Part shown: positions 19,108 to 29,092 of the stretch, one piece after another
Layout of the letters: each line of letters opens with the position of its first letter
How positions within the stretch are numbered: position 1 is the stretch's first letter
Assembly (NCBI GenBank): GCA_963666275.2
Contig: CAXXOA010000002.1
Coordinates: 1,440,001-1,504,000 of the forward strand
DNA from: Oceanispirochaeta sp.
Lineage (GTDB): Bacteria > Spirochaetota > Spirochaetia > DSM-2461
Direction of reading: 5' to 3'
DNA: 64,000 nucleotides
Program-made: the position numbers and the translations under genes
Notes under the pieces: model-generated
Databases searched by the model: none
The model's input: only the letters and a program-made list of their open reading frames with translations
What the model was told of the DNA's origin: nothing

Positions 19108-22100
19108 AAAAAGTATTGAAAAAAGTTTTATTTCCCGCGGCTCTCTTTACGGGAGTCCTGTTTTTCACATCCTGCCCCCAGCCTCTGACAGAGGACGATG
19201 TGGTGGCCGCCCAGGACAAACTGGCTCCCACCATCGAGATCCTTTCGCCCGGTGAAAACGAGGTGTACTACTCGGAGGTGGAGTTTTCCCTGAGAATCCT
19301 GGACGATGCGGAGAAAGAAGAGGACGGCCAGGGAGATCTGGCGTCCATTTCCTTTGAACTGGCGAATGATGACCTGCGGGGCGGACGGGCCGTGATTGAT
19401 GCTGCTGGAAAATTGACCCAGGATTCAAGCTACGGGCCCGATGAAGTCCTTTACGATCCTACTACTGGGCTTGTGAGTTTCTCCTTTTCCACTGTTTCTC
19501 CCAATACGGTCACAGGTATCATTTCCGTTACCGTTTCCGCTGAGGACAGAAACGGGAATCTCACCACAGAGAATATGACTCTGGCGGACAATGAAGGTCC
19601 CTGGGTGGATTTTACCATAGTCGATACTGTCTCCGGCGAGGAGAGGAGCTATACCGAGGATACGACAGTCCGTTTGTCTGGTACCATCGGGAACTCCGCG
19701 GAAGATCAGAACAGTGACAATGAGATCACAAGTATTACCTGGTCTGTTCTGGGAAAGTCCTGGAACGGGCAGCTGGTTCTCGATCCCGATGCCACCTATG
19801 TGGATCCCGATACAGCCAATACTCTCAGTTACTACAACGCTTCCCAGAGCCGGTACGAACGGCTCAACGAAGGCGTGGCCTATCCGGAACTGTTTATGTA
19901 CTATCCCGCGTCAAGGACATTCCGGACCGACCTGGAAATCCCCTTCGGTGCGGGGTCGGTTCTGCCTTTTGAAGTCACTGTGACTGATAAGAATGGTCAT
20001 GAGACAACTATGACTGTGAATGCTTTTTCCGATGAGTCCGGGCCGGAGGTTGTAATTGAATTCCCCAGGGATGAAACAGCCTATTACAGTATGAATACAG
20101 GAGTTTCCCATGATCAGCCGGGATCAGACATCATTCAAGGGTATATTAATGGTGGTATTGGTGATCTTCAAAGTTTTAAAGTAGAACTGAAAGATTCCAC
20201 AGGAGATTTCTCTTCCGGGAAGATCGATCTGTCTCCCGGAATTGGGGTTCCTTATGATGCCTTTGATACAGGATCAACTTATAATGCTTCCAGCAATGAG
20301 TTTTATATAGATATCAGTCAGCATCTTTCTCTTATGGAGAATGAAGCCTCTGTAGCTTATACCGGAGGTACAGATGTGACTGTTATCATATATGCAGTTA
20401 ATGATGACGATTTTGAAACCAGACCTAAAGTCATTATTGATGAAGATGCAGATGGTCCGGCAATTACTGCAGCTGATGTTCATTTTGCAAGTACCGGTTC
20501 GCCTGATTCTGCTTATGCCAATTCAGGTAGTACGCTTGAAATGTCGTTTGCTGTGACAGATGCTTCAACTGATGCAGCAGATCTTACAGTGGTTTCTCAA
20601 ACTCTTGGAGGTGATACATCTGCCCTTGATTCAAAGGGAAACACATATTCCTTCTCTTCAGCAACTGCATGGAAATCAGGTATGACCAGTGATGCAGATT
20701 TAACATATAATATAACTCTGGAGGATAGACTGGGAAATCAGACAGTTCTAACTCAGGGAACCGCAAATGCGCCTCAAATTATGTATTATGATGGGGCTCC
20801 AACATATGGAACACATTTATCTTTTACAGCAGATGGCCCGGATGCACATGAAGGCTTTATTGCCCAGGGTGAACAGCTGGATATCGTTTTAACCTCTACC
20901 AGGGATCTACAGACCCCAGTAGTATCGAATCTCTCTGTAAAAACAGCATCAATGGGCAGCCTGGCTGCTGATTCCATCTCCCCGGATTCCGGAACCCCCA
21001 TGAATGTTTTCACGGCTTCTTATACCCCTGGGGCCAGCTCTGTCGATGAAGAAGAGCTGAGTCTGGTGATGTCCCTGACGGATATGGCCGGGAATCCCAT
21101 GACTGTTCCCGCAGAAGTGCCAACGGCATACTATTATGACAGTGTGGCGCCGAATCCGCCATCTACTCCCAATTTGAATTCTGCCGATGATACTTATCAT
21201 GTCGCCGCAAGTCTGGGGTCGAATAGTGATGGAAAGACAAAAAATACAACTGACTTAACCATAGAAGGAACGGCCGAAGCTGATTCTACAGTTAGCATCT
21301 TTATTAATGGTTTATCCTCTCCGGAGTTCACAGCAACTGCTGATGGATCAGGAAACTGGTCGGATGACATTGTGAGCCCAGTCAACAACGGGATCTATCA
21401 GATTGTCGCCAGAACCGTAGATCAGGCGGGAAATGAATCCTCCAGTTCCGGTGTCTTTAACCTTCAGATTATGACGGCACTTCCTTCTGATCCCACTGGT
21501 ATAGATCTGCGCACTGCCAGTGATTCTTCCAGGCCCGGATACGGAGCAGGTAGTACTGATAATATAACAAACATCGAATCAGTCTATATTGATGGAACAG
21601 CACCAGTTGGCAGTTATATGGTCCTTTCGGTTGATGGAACTGCACAGTCTTATACCACCGCAAATAGTCTGGGAAACTGGTCAAAAAATGTTTTATTAGG
21701 CTCTGGGGATAAAACCTATGCTCTGGAGGTCAAAACTGCCGATGTCGCGGGTAATGAATCCAGTGGTTCTGAAACGCTGGATATTGTTTTGGATAATATT
21801 AACAACACAAGTTCTACAATCACTCTTTCAGCAGATGATGATACAGGCTTTCAGGATAATGACGGATTTACAAAGCTGGCATCGGGTTTGACTTTTACAG
21901 GTGATCTCTCCTATGGTGCCGGAGATGATCAGGAGCTCTACAGCAGTTACGGAGTTTCACTAAGCGGTGTCATTACTCCTGATCTGCTGCCTACCTATAG
22001 CATCTCGAATGTCAGTGCGGGAGTCGCCAGTGATACATGGTCTGCCGATATGGCATTGGATGCCGATGACGGCTCTCCTTCTGCGGGTGAGTACGAAGGG

Positions 22101-25025
22101 GAGTATACAATTTCTGTTGCTACCATAGATGCCGCGGGAAATACCTCGGGATCTGTATCAAATTTTGATCTGGTTTTTGATAAGACTTTACCAACCGGAT
22201 CCTCGGTGAGCGGCCTTGATTTGCTTACCGCTTCTGATTCCGGAATAGACAATTCAGATGATTATACTAACGATGATACTCCAGGTTTTCAGATCGCCAA
22301 TGTGATCAGTGCAGCTGCTGATAAAAATCTTTTTTCCAATTCCGTTTCCGATCTGATTTATCTTGATCTGATGGCAGAGAATGTGGCTTCCAGTGAGACT
22401 GCAACCATAGGAACTACGTCTTTCTCCGGAGACTATAACGGGGCCTCTGCAATCACGGCCGGTACTGTGTCTGATGGTGAATACTATTTAACTGTTGCGA
22501 TCTGTGACCGTGCCGGTAATGTGTCGACTCCTTCCATTGGAAGCGGATCAGATACATTCAATTCCACTGATGATATCCTGACAATTGATACAGCTAATCC
22601 TGTTTCCGCCTTTGTATCTGAACTGTCTTTACGGCAGAATACGATTTATGATACAGGTTATGCCCAGGATGACGGTAAGACAAACAGGATCGGAACACTG
22701 ATTTTTGACTATATATTGTCAAGTTATGATTCAGAAGATTACTATCTGGAACTATCTTCCAGCGAAGAAGGTGCTAAAGGCAGTGCTCTGGTCGCCATAG
22801 ACGGGTCGGGAAACGGTAGTATTACCTCTTCTTCGGGTTTTTCAACTATCGGTACAGGTCATACCGTCTCTGTAAACCTTTACGACAGAGCCGGGAATCT
22901 CAGTGATGCCAATGCCAGTAATGTAACAGATACGATTATTGTAAATACCGATACACCATCTGTAGATCTTACTCTTTCTTTGAGTGATGACAGCGGATTC
23001 TCAAGCAGTGATTATAAAACCAATAATGTATCTCAAACCCTTACTTTCGGTTTCTCTTCGAACCTGACTGAAGACTCCTATGTCCTTTACAACTGGGAAG
23101 GCTCTGATGTGAAGCTTTTGGGAAGTTCCGGGGATGCATCTTTAAGTTTTAATGATACTACCCTCACCACGAATACTCTAACTGCCACCCTTTATGATAT
23201 TTTCGGAAATGCTTCGACCGGAACGGCTGTTAGTGAAAGTATTGTGCTGAATACGGATCAACCCGCCGGAGGATCCATAGATTCCTATTCCATCAGTTCC
23301 GATTCTGGTGTCTCCGGTACTGACCTTTATACCAATGTGGAGGACCAGACGATTACTTTTAATCTGAGCGGGATAAATGAAGATTCCTATATGGAACTGG
23401 ATTTTACACCGGATGGAGGGACTCTCACTACTTTTACTTCAAGTGCCACTTTCAATTTTACCAGTACATCCGGAAGTGGGAATGTGGATAGTAGTCTAAT
23501 AACACTGGTGGAGGGAAATAATAACCAGATCGCCGTCCGATTATACGATATATATGGAAATGCCTATCAGGCAATTACCCTGCCTGATTCAGGAAAAATC
23601 TCCCTGGATACAACCGATCCTGTAACAGATATAAGCAATCTGGCTCTACATGCTGATTCTGATCTGGGAATCCCGTCAGATAATAAAACTTCCGATACCG
23701 GTGTTTTGAAATTCTCTTTTGATCTCTCGACAACCTCCTTTGAAAATCCCACATATATTGAATTGCAATCTGATAAGGAAACACCTCAGACACTTCAGAT
23801 TGGAGAATATAGTGCTGGAGGTTCAGATTTGACTATTCTCTCTTCTTCCGGCATGGCATATGAAGGAAGTCACACTATATCAGCAACCATATATGATAAA
23901 GCCGGAAATGTTAGTTCCGGGACCTCTTCAGATAATTTTACTTTAATAACAGATTATACAGCTCCTGAACTGACTTCCTCTATGATTTCTGTAACAAGTG
24001 AAGGTGGGGATGATACTCTAACTTTTAATCTGGATGAAAATTTAAACACAGAAATCTTATCAGGAACGGGAGTCGTTGGAAGCTTCGAAGATTTTACAGA
24101 TATTACATTTGATACCCATGTCAATTTCACTGATCCGAATCCGGACTTAAGTCTCAAAGGAAAGATCTCTTCAGGTGGACTACTGGAGATAGCAGCTTTT
24201 AGCGGTTCAACTAGAACCAATTTTCCTGATGGTACGGATTATGTTATCAATTTCGGATCCACCTTCACAGACGAAGCAGGGAACAGGGTTCAGAGAGAAG
24301 GAATAAGTAGTGATCTGAACTCAATGCAGTTTGATTATGATTCTTCAGCTTCAGTTACTGTTGATTCACAATCGGGAGTGAGTTCATTTGTTGCATATCA
24401 ACCAAGTATTGAAGCATTTTCAAACACATCTGAGCTTTTATCTTCCGGTTATACTCCGCTTTCACTTCAAGAGGAGAACCGACGGGTACACATGAAAGAT
24501 ACTGTTTCCCGGGATTCGGATTTGGAAAGCGAAAAAAGAATGCTCCAGAGAAGCGCCTCCCTCCAATCTGAAATCATTATACCCGAGCCGGTAACACAAG
24601 CTTCTGTAACTCCTGCATTCGCCCCCGCAGCTCTCCCACCCCAAATCGAATACGAATACAACGTAGACACAGATGCCCTGGCCCATATGGAAGATGTCAA
24701 CAAGAACAGAATCGATCGTAACCAGCTCCTGACGGAACTGAGGGCGGCTGTCCCCCGGGAGAAGCTTCTTGAAATGGAACGCTTCCTGGAACCGGAAATT
24801 CCCGAGCTGGAAGAACTGGTTCTCTACTCAAGCCCTGTTCCCAATGCCTTCGAAACTCCGGTCACCCTGTCGGCGGAAACCACGGTTATCCTGGAGGATG
24901 AAACACCCTCGGGACTGATCCTGCTCACCCAGATCCTGCTGGCCGCAGCCATCGGACTGTTGACAATCGGATTCATCAAACTTCTGGGAAGAAACCAGAG
25001 GAAAGACTATGATCCCCTGGATTAA
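19104..25025 (+). CDS. Giant Ig-like repeat lipoprotein (adhesin-like) with C-terminal hydrophobic helix
   Basis: Lipobox FTSC; recurring D-x-AGN and SDSG..D..TN motifs of bacterial Ig repeats; Ser/Thr/Asp-rich; C-terminal GLILLTQILLAAAIGLLTIGFIKLL then basic tail; 4-bp overlap with upstream gene. Confidence 0.82.
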   Translation: MKKVLKKVLFPAALFTGVLFFTSCPQPLTEDDVVAAQDKLAPTIEILSPGENEVYYSEVEFSLRILDDAEKEEDGQGDLASISFELANDDLRGGRAVIDAAGKLTQDSSYGPDEVLYDPTTGLVSFSFSTVSPNTVTGIISVTVSAEDRNGNLTTENMTLADNEGPWVDFTIVDTVSGEERSYTEDTTVRLSGTIGNSAEDQNSDNEITSITWSVLGKSWNGQLVLDPDATYVDPDTANTLSYYNASQSRYERLNEGVAYPELFMYYPASRTFRTDLEIPFGAGSVLPFEVTVTDKNGHETTMTVNAFSDESGPEVVIEFPRDETAYYSMNTGVSHDQPGSDIIQGYINGGIGDLQSFKVELKDSTGDFSSGKIDLSPGIGVPYDAFDTGSTYNASSNEFYIDISQHLSLMENEASVAYTGGTDVTVIIYAVNDDDFETRPKVIIDEDADGPAITAADVHFASTGSPDSAYANSGSTLEMSFAVTDASTDAADLTVVSQTLGGDTSALDSKGNTYSFSSATAWKSGMTSDADLTYNITLEDRLGNQTVLTQGTANAPQIMYYDGAPTYGTHLSFTADGPDAHEGFIAQGEQLDIVLTSTRDLQTPVVSNLSVKTASMGSLAADSISPDSGTPMNVFTASYTPGASSVDEEELSLVMSLTDMAGNPMTVPAEVPTAYYYDSVAPNPPSTPNLNSADDTYHVAASLGSNSDGKTKNTTDLTIEGTAEADSTVSIFINGLSSPEFTATADGSGNWSDDIVSPVNNGIYQIVARTVDQAGNESSSSGVFNLQIMTALPSDPTGIDLRTASDSSRPGYGAGSTDNITNIESVYIDGTAPVGSYMVLSVDGTAQSYTTANSLGNWSKNVLLGSGDKTYALEVKTADVAGNESSGSETLDIVLDNINNTSSTITLSADDDTGFQDNDGFTKLASGLTFTGDLSYGAGDDQELYSSYGVSLSGVITPDLLPTYSISNVSAGVASDTWSADMALDADDGSPSAGEYEGEYTISVATIDAAGNTSGSVSNFDLVFDKTLPTGSSVSGLDLLTASDSGIDNSDDYTNDDTPGFQIANVISAAADKNLFSNSVSDLIYLDLMAENVASSETATIGTTSFSGDYNGASAITAGTVSDGEYYLTVAICDRAGNVSTPSIGSGSDTFNSTDDILTIDTANPVSAFVSELSLRQNTIYDTGYAQDDGKTNRIGTLIFDYILSSYDSEDYYLELSSSEEGAKGSALVAIDGSGNGSITSSSGFSTIGTGHTVSVNLYDRAGNLSDANASNVTDTIIVNTDTPSVDLTLSLSDDSGFSSSDYKTNNVSQTLTFGFSSNLTEDSYVLYNWEGSDVKLLGSSGDASLSFNDTTLTTNTLTATLYDIFGNASTGTAVSESIVLNTDQPAGGSIDSYSISSDSGVSGTDLYTNVEDQTITFNLSGINEDSYMELDFTPDGGTLTTFTSSATFNFTSTSGSGNVDSSLITLVEGNNNQIAVRLYDIYGNAYQAITLPDSGKISLDTTDPVTDISNLALHADSDLGIPSDNKTSDTGVLKFSFDLSTTSFENPTYIELQSDKETPQTLQIGEYSAGGSDLTILSSSGMAYEGSHTISATIYDKAGNVSSGTSSDNFTLITDYTAPELTSSMISVTSEGGDDTLTFNLDENLNTEILSGTGVVGSFEDFTDITFDTHVNFTDPNPDLSLKGKISSGGLLEIAAFSGSTRTNFPDGTDYVINFGSTFTDEAGNRVQREGISSDLNSMQFDYDSSASVTVDSQSGVSSFVAYQPSIEAFSNTSELLSSGYTPLSLQEENRRVHMKDTVSRDSDLESEKRMLQRSASLQSEIIIPEPVTQASVTPAFAPAALPPQIEYEYNVDTDALAHMEDVNKNRIDRNQLLTELRAAVPREKLLEMERFLEPEIPELEELVLYSSPVPNAFETPVTLSAETTVILEDETPSGLILLTQILLAAAIGLLTIGFIKLLGRNQRKDYDPLD

Positions 25026-28000
25026 AAAAGCCTTCCTCGCCGGAGCTGGCCTCCTCCTTCTGGCTTCCTGCCAGAAGGAAAAGGAAGCCTCCCCTCAGGA
25101 GAATGAGCCCCCCGTACAGACGCGATTTATCGTGTCTCCCGAATCAGAAAATTCTCCCGAATCAGAAAATTCTCCCGAATCAGAAAATTCTCCCGAATCA
25201 GAAAAATCTCCCGAATCAGAGATTTCCCCTGAATCGGAAGATAACAAATCCTCTGAAGCGGAAGATCTCGCATTATCAGATAAAGCCCCCCCCGTACAGA
25301 CGCGATTCATCCCGTCTGTTCAGCCGGAAGAGGATGCCAATAAAGCTGAGATGCCTCTAAAGGAGGATTCTCAGAAAAAAGAGGAGCCCGCACCCACAGA
25401 GCTCTCCTTCCTGATCCCCTACCATCGCCCGGCCTTTCATGCGGTTCCCCATGAGAACCAGGCCGCCGCGGAGAGGCTGGCTGCTGCGGGACAGCCTGCG
25501 CCTTTCAGCCCGCTCTCCTATCCTATTGGAGGAGATAAAGAGGAGCCTGTTCCACAGATCAGCGCCGAACTGGCGATTCTTCCTGAGAAAAAAGAGGAGA
25601 TACTGAAAGTTCCTGAGGAAAAAACCGATCCGCCCGAACCGGAGATAGTCCCGGAGGTCGTTATTGTTCCTGAACCCGAGGTCGAACCTGAACCGGCTCC
25701 GGAGGTTGTGATTATTCCCGAACCTGCTCCTGAGATTGTGATTGTCCCGGAGCCCAAGGTCGAGCCCGAGCCGGCTCCTGAGGTTGTCATTGTTCCTGAA
25801 CCCGAACCTGAGTCTGAAGTTCTGCCAGAACCTGTTCCTGAGGTTACCATAGCTCCTGAGCCGGAGGTAAAGCCCGAAGTCCTGCCCGAACTGGCTCCCG
25901 AGGTTGTGATTGCCCCTGAGCCTGAAGGTATGACAGAAACAGCTTCTGAGCTGCCTGAAGAGCCCGAAACGGATCCGGACCTCCTTCTTCCGGGCCCCAC
26001 TGTTGTCCTGGAATCCCCTCTGGATGACTCCTATTATCAGTCCGCTATCCTGCTCAAAGGTATGGTCTCTCCCTCTCCCGAAGCCCCCGGGGAAACCTCA
26101 GGTGTGAAGAGCCTGACCTGGCGGATCCAGGGGATGGGAGAGTATGACAATACAGTCTTTCTGGAAGAGGACGGTTCTTTTGTTCTGGATATTTTTACTA
26201 CAGGCCTGGAGGGAGTTCAGACTCTGATCCTGAAATCAGAAGATTTCGGCGGACGGGTTTCTGTTCGTGAGATCCCCTTGAAAGACGGGAATCAGCCTCC
26301 CGGACTGGCCCTTGAGTATCCACCGCCCCGGGGACAGTACGGCAGTATGCTCTCTGTCAAAGGACGTCTTCGGGATCTTTACGAAGGAATCCCCGAGCTG
26401 GAGGGAATCTCCCGTTTGAGCTACTCTCTGGTTCCCAAGAACAGATCCACCGGCCAGACCGTTCAAACCGGAGAGGTTGAGCTTGAGAATAATGCTTTCT
26501 TCTTTGCCATAGACATGGCTGAAAGGGCGGGGGAGCAGACTCTCCGCCTGGAAGCGGTCGGGGCAAACGGCGCTGTATCCACCATGGATGTGACTCTTTT
26601 CAGGGGAGGCAGTGATATTCCCTCGTTTACCATACTTCCCCAGGATGAGAGACTGGTTTTTACCTGGGATGCCATTTCGGGAGCAGAGGATCAGACCCTC
26701 TATCTGACAGATGACGGATCCACCCCTTCGGAGGAGTCCGGTGGAAGCCGTTTCGGTTCCGTCCTTTCGCCTCTGACTCTGGGGAGTGTCCGTAACGGAA
26801 TCCGCTATAAGGCAAGACTGAAAGCCCGGGTGGGGGACCAGATCCTCTGGTCGGATGTGATGGAAGCGGTGCCTCTGTCTCCGGGATCACTGGAACTGAC
26901 CGCAGAAGGCCGGTTTGAACAGATCCGTCTCAGCTGGAAGGATATTCCAGGCGCGTCCCTTTACAGGATTCTCCGGAGAGAAGAAAATCAGCAGGATTTT
27001 ACCCCTCTGGATGAGGATATCTCCGGTACCGAGTATGTGGATGCTACGGTTCAGTTCGGCCGTAACTACTACTACAGAATAGAGCCCTCCGATGTAAAAG
27101 GGCCACTCAGCTATGATGTCCCCGCTTCTTCTCTGGAAGCTCCTTCAGAAAAAATCACCATGTCATCCCACTACAGGGACATGACACCCCTTCGGGTCAC
27201 TGTCTCCGGTGAGTACGCATTTGTGGCCGCAGGAGACACAGGATTCTATATCATGGATGTTTCCACGCCCCAGAAGCCTCTGGAGATCGGTCATCTGGAT
27301 CTGGGGGATGTAAAGGATATCTACATCAGCGGCGAGTATGCCTATGTGGCCTCCGGATCAAACGGATTCTCCCTGGTCAATATTTCCGAGCCCACAAAGC
27401 CCTTCATTGTCCTTTCCCGTGTCACAGAAGACGCATCCGGGATAGCCGGAGAGGATAACACTGTCTATCTGGCAGACGGAGACAGAGGAGTACAGATCTT
27501 TGACATTTCCAGCCGGCAGGATCCCCGCCGATTGAGTTCTCTCCATGATTTTCCCGCCTATCAGCTTGTACTGGAGGATAATCTCCTCTATGTTGCCGCC
27601 GGAACGGAAGGGATGAAGGTCCTGGATATCACCAATCCTGCCTCTCCCCGTCTGAAGGGCAGCTACTCCCTTGCTCCTGTGTATGATCTTTATCTGGATA
27701 ATGAGAGCCTCTATCTGGCCTGCGGAGAGGAGGGGATGATTATTCTGGAAAGCAATGAGGGAGAGTTCAGTGAAGTCAGCCGTTTCAGGAGCAGCAATGC
27801 CCGGGCTGTCCGGATCTGGGAGGATTACGCCATGATCGCAGACGGGTCGGGCGGAATGAAAGCGGTGGATATTTCCATTCCCCGGGATCCCCATCTTTTC
27901 GGCAGTTTCGACGGACAGGATACAAGCTCTATCGCCATGGCAGACGATTACGCCCTGATTGCGGATGTCTCGGGGCTGAAGGTTGTCAGGACCTATCTCT

Positions 28001-28869
28001 ACGGCCAGTCCCTGAAGCTCCAGTCCGTACCAACCCCCGGCAGAGCCTACGGAGTCACCCTTGACGGGACAGACCTCTGGGTTGTTGACCGGAAAGGCGG
28101 AGTGGCTCTGTATGATTTCTCCCGCCCCACCGGGTTCTCCGCCGACTCTCTGATCAGAACCTATGCTTCCGAGTATGCCGAGGATATCCTCCTGATGGAT
28201 GAGACTCTCTATGTGGCCGACGGCCCTGCGGGTGTGAAGGTCTTTGATCTCAATAGACCGGACGAAGCGGTTACAAGCTTTCCTGTATCGGGAAGAGCCA
28301 GAAGAATCCTGCCCTACGGAGGGTCAATCGCCGTGGTTTCTTCTGGAGACGGGGTCCTTTTCCTGAAAGACAATGCCATGACAGGACGGATCAACTATCC
28401 GGATGTGCGGGATGCCGCTTTCTACGGCTCCTACCTCTTTGCGGGTGACTATAGAGAGGGACTGATCATCATGGAAATGACAGGAGAGGGCAGGGCTATC
28501 GAGCTGGACGTTCTTGAGGAATTTGAGAATATACGGCAGCTTATGATCAAAGACGATACTCTTTATGTTCTCCATAAAGGGGGTATCACTCTTTTGACCA
28601 TAACAAACCCCGAACATCCTCTCATCAGAGAAAATATCTCCTACCCCGATGCCGAAGCCATGCAGCTCTCGGGAAACCGGCTCTATGTGGCCGGCGGTTT
28701 TCAGGGTGTTTCCATTTACAGGATCAAAGAGGATCTGTCGGCTCTGAAGGTCTCTGACTGCGAAGATATCTTTGCAGTGGATGTGGCCCCCGCCGGATCC
28801 TATGCGGTCTATGCGGATATGGAAGGCATCGGTGTCATCGAGGTATTAATCCCCGAATGGGTGGAATGA
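25009..28869 (+). CDS. Lipoprotein with Pro/Glu-rich stalk, Ig/FN3 domains and LVIVD-repeat propellers
   Basis: Lipobox LLASC; PEPE repeats; IRLSW...YRILR...YVD...YYYRI FN3; many YAYVA.G..G..I.DIS.P repeats; 17-bp overlap with upstream gene. Confidence 0.85.
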   Translation: MIPWIKKAFLAGAGLLLLASCQKEKEASPQENEPPVQTRFIVSPESENSPESENSPESENSPESEKSPESEISPESEDNKSSEAEDLALSDKAPPVQTRFIPSVQPEEDANKAEMPLKEDSQKKEEPAPTELSFLIPYHRPAFHAVPHENQAAAERLAAAGQPAPFSPLSYPIGGDKEEPVPQISAELAILPEKKEEILKVPEEKTDPPEPEIVPEVVIVPEPEVEPEPAPEVVIIPEPAPEIVIVPEPKVEPEPAPEVVIVPEPEPESEVLPEPVPEVTIAPEPEVKPEVLPELAPEVVIAPEPEGMTETASELPEEPETDPDLLLPGPTVVLESPLDDSYYQSAILLKGMVSPSPEAPGETSGVKSLTWRIQGMGEYDNTVFLEEDGSFVLDIFTTGLEGVQTLILKSEDFGGRVSVREIPLKDGNQPPGLALEYPPPRGQYGSMLSVKGRLRDLYEGIPELEGISRLSYSLVPKNRSTGQTVQTGEVELENNAFFFAIDMAERAGEQTLRLEAVGANGAVSTMDVTLFRGGSDIPSFTILPQDERLVFTWDAISGAEDQTLYLTDDGSTPSEESGGSRFGSVLSPLTLGSVRNGIRYKARLKARVGDQILWSDVMEAVPLSPGSLELTAEGRFEQIRLSWKDIPGASLYRILRREENQQDFTPLDEDISGTEYVDATVQFGRNYYYRIEPSDVKGPLSYDVPASSLEAPSEKITMSSHYRDMTPLRVTVSGEYAFVAAGDTGFYIMDVSTPQKPLEIGHLDLGDVKDIYISGEYAYVASGSNGFSLVNISEPTKPFIVLSRVTEDASGIAGEDNTVYLADGDRGVQIFDISSRQDPRRLSSLHDFPAYQLVLEDNLLYVAAGTEGMKVLDITNPASPRLKGSYSLAPVYDLYLDNESLYLACGEEGMIILESNEGEFSEVSRFRSSNARAVRIWEDYAMIADGSGGMKAVDISIPRDPHLFGSFDGQDTSSIAMADDYALIADVSGLKVVRTYLYGQSLKLQSVPTPGRAYGVTLDGTDLWVVDRKGGVALYDFSRPTGFSADSLIRTYASEYAEDILLMDETLYVADGPAGVKVFDLNRPDEAVTSFPVSGRARRILPYGGSIAVVSSGDGVLFLKDNAMTGRINYPDVRDAAFYGSYLFAGDYREGLIIMEMTGEGRAIELDVLEEFENIRQLMIKDDTLYVLHKGGITLLTITNPEHPLIRENISYPDAEAMQLSGNRLYVAGGFQGVSIYRIKEDLSALKVSDCEDIFAVDVAPAGSYAVYADMEGIGVIEVLIPEWVE
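25114..25138 (+). repeat. REP-like palindrome inside CDS
   Basis: GTACAGACGCGATTTATCGTGTCTC, one mismatch from the reverse complement of intergenic copy 29014-29038. Confidence 0.75.
25135..25242 (+). repeat. 6 x 18-bp coding tandem repeat (SPESEN)
   Basis: TCTCCCGAATCAGAAAAT x3 exact plus three degenerate copies. Confidence 0.95.
25294..25321 (+). repeat. Second REP-like copy inside CDS
   Basis: GTACAGACGCGATTCATCCCGTCTGTTC preceded by the same C-run. Confidence 0.65.
25630..25926 (+). repeat. Degenerate Pro/Glu/Val coding repeats (PEVVIVPEPE)
   Basis: About six imperfect PE-V-V-I-x-PEPE units in the translation. Confidence 0.85.
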
Positions 28870-28923
28870 ATCCCCGGGTATCCCATCGATGATTGATCAA
28901 ATAATCCCTATGGCAGATTCCCG

Positions 28924-29038
28924 GTGGAAACGCGATTTATCGCGTTTAATTCCTGGATTTTCCGGCGGGGGATTTGGATTGCCGTCATTAAAATATTATT
29001 CCCGGTAGGCAATGAGACGCGATAAATCGCGTCTGTAC
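28924..29038. repeat. Inverted pair of REP-like palindromes (REPIN-like) between convergent genes
   Basis: GTGGAAACGCGATTTATCGCGTTT (28924-28947) and GAGACGCGATAAATCGCGTCTGTAC (29014-29038) in opposite orientation. Confidence 0.8.
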
Positions 29039-29092
29039 AGGGGGGCGGGGGGATCATCAAATCATTGATTGCCTGGATACAATGGGATTTTT

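Noticed and set aside
19104..25025. RTX/T1SS-secreted adhesin
   Set aside because: No GGxGxD repeats and no T1SS genes; it has a lipoprotein signal instead
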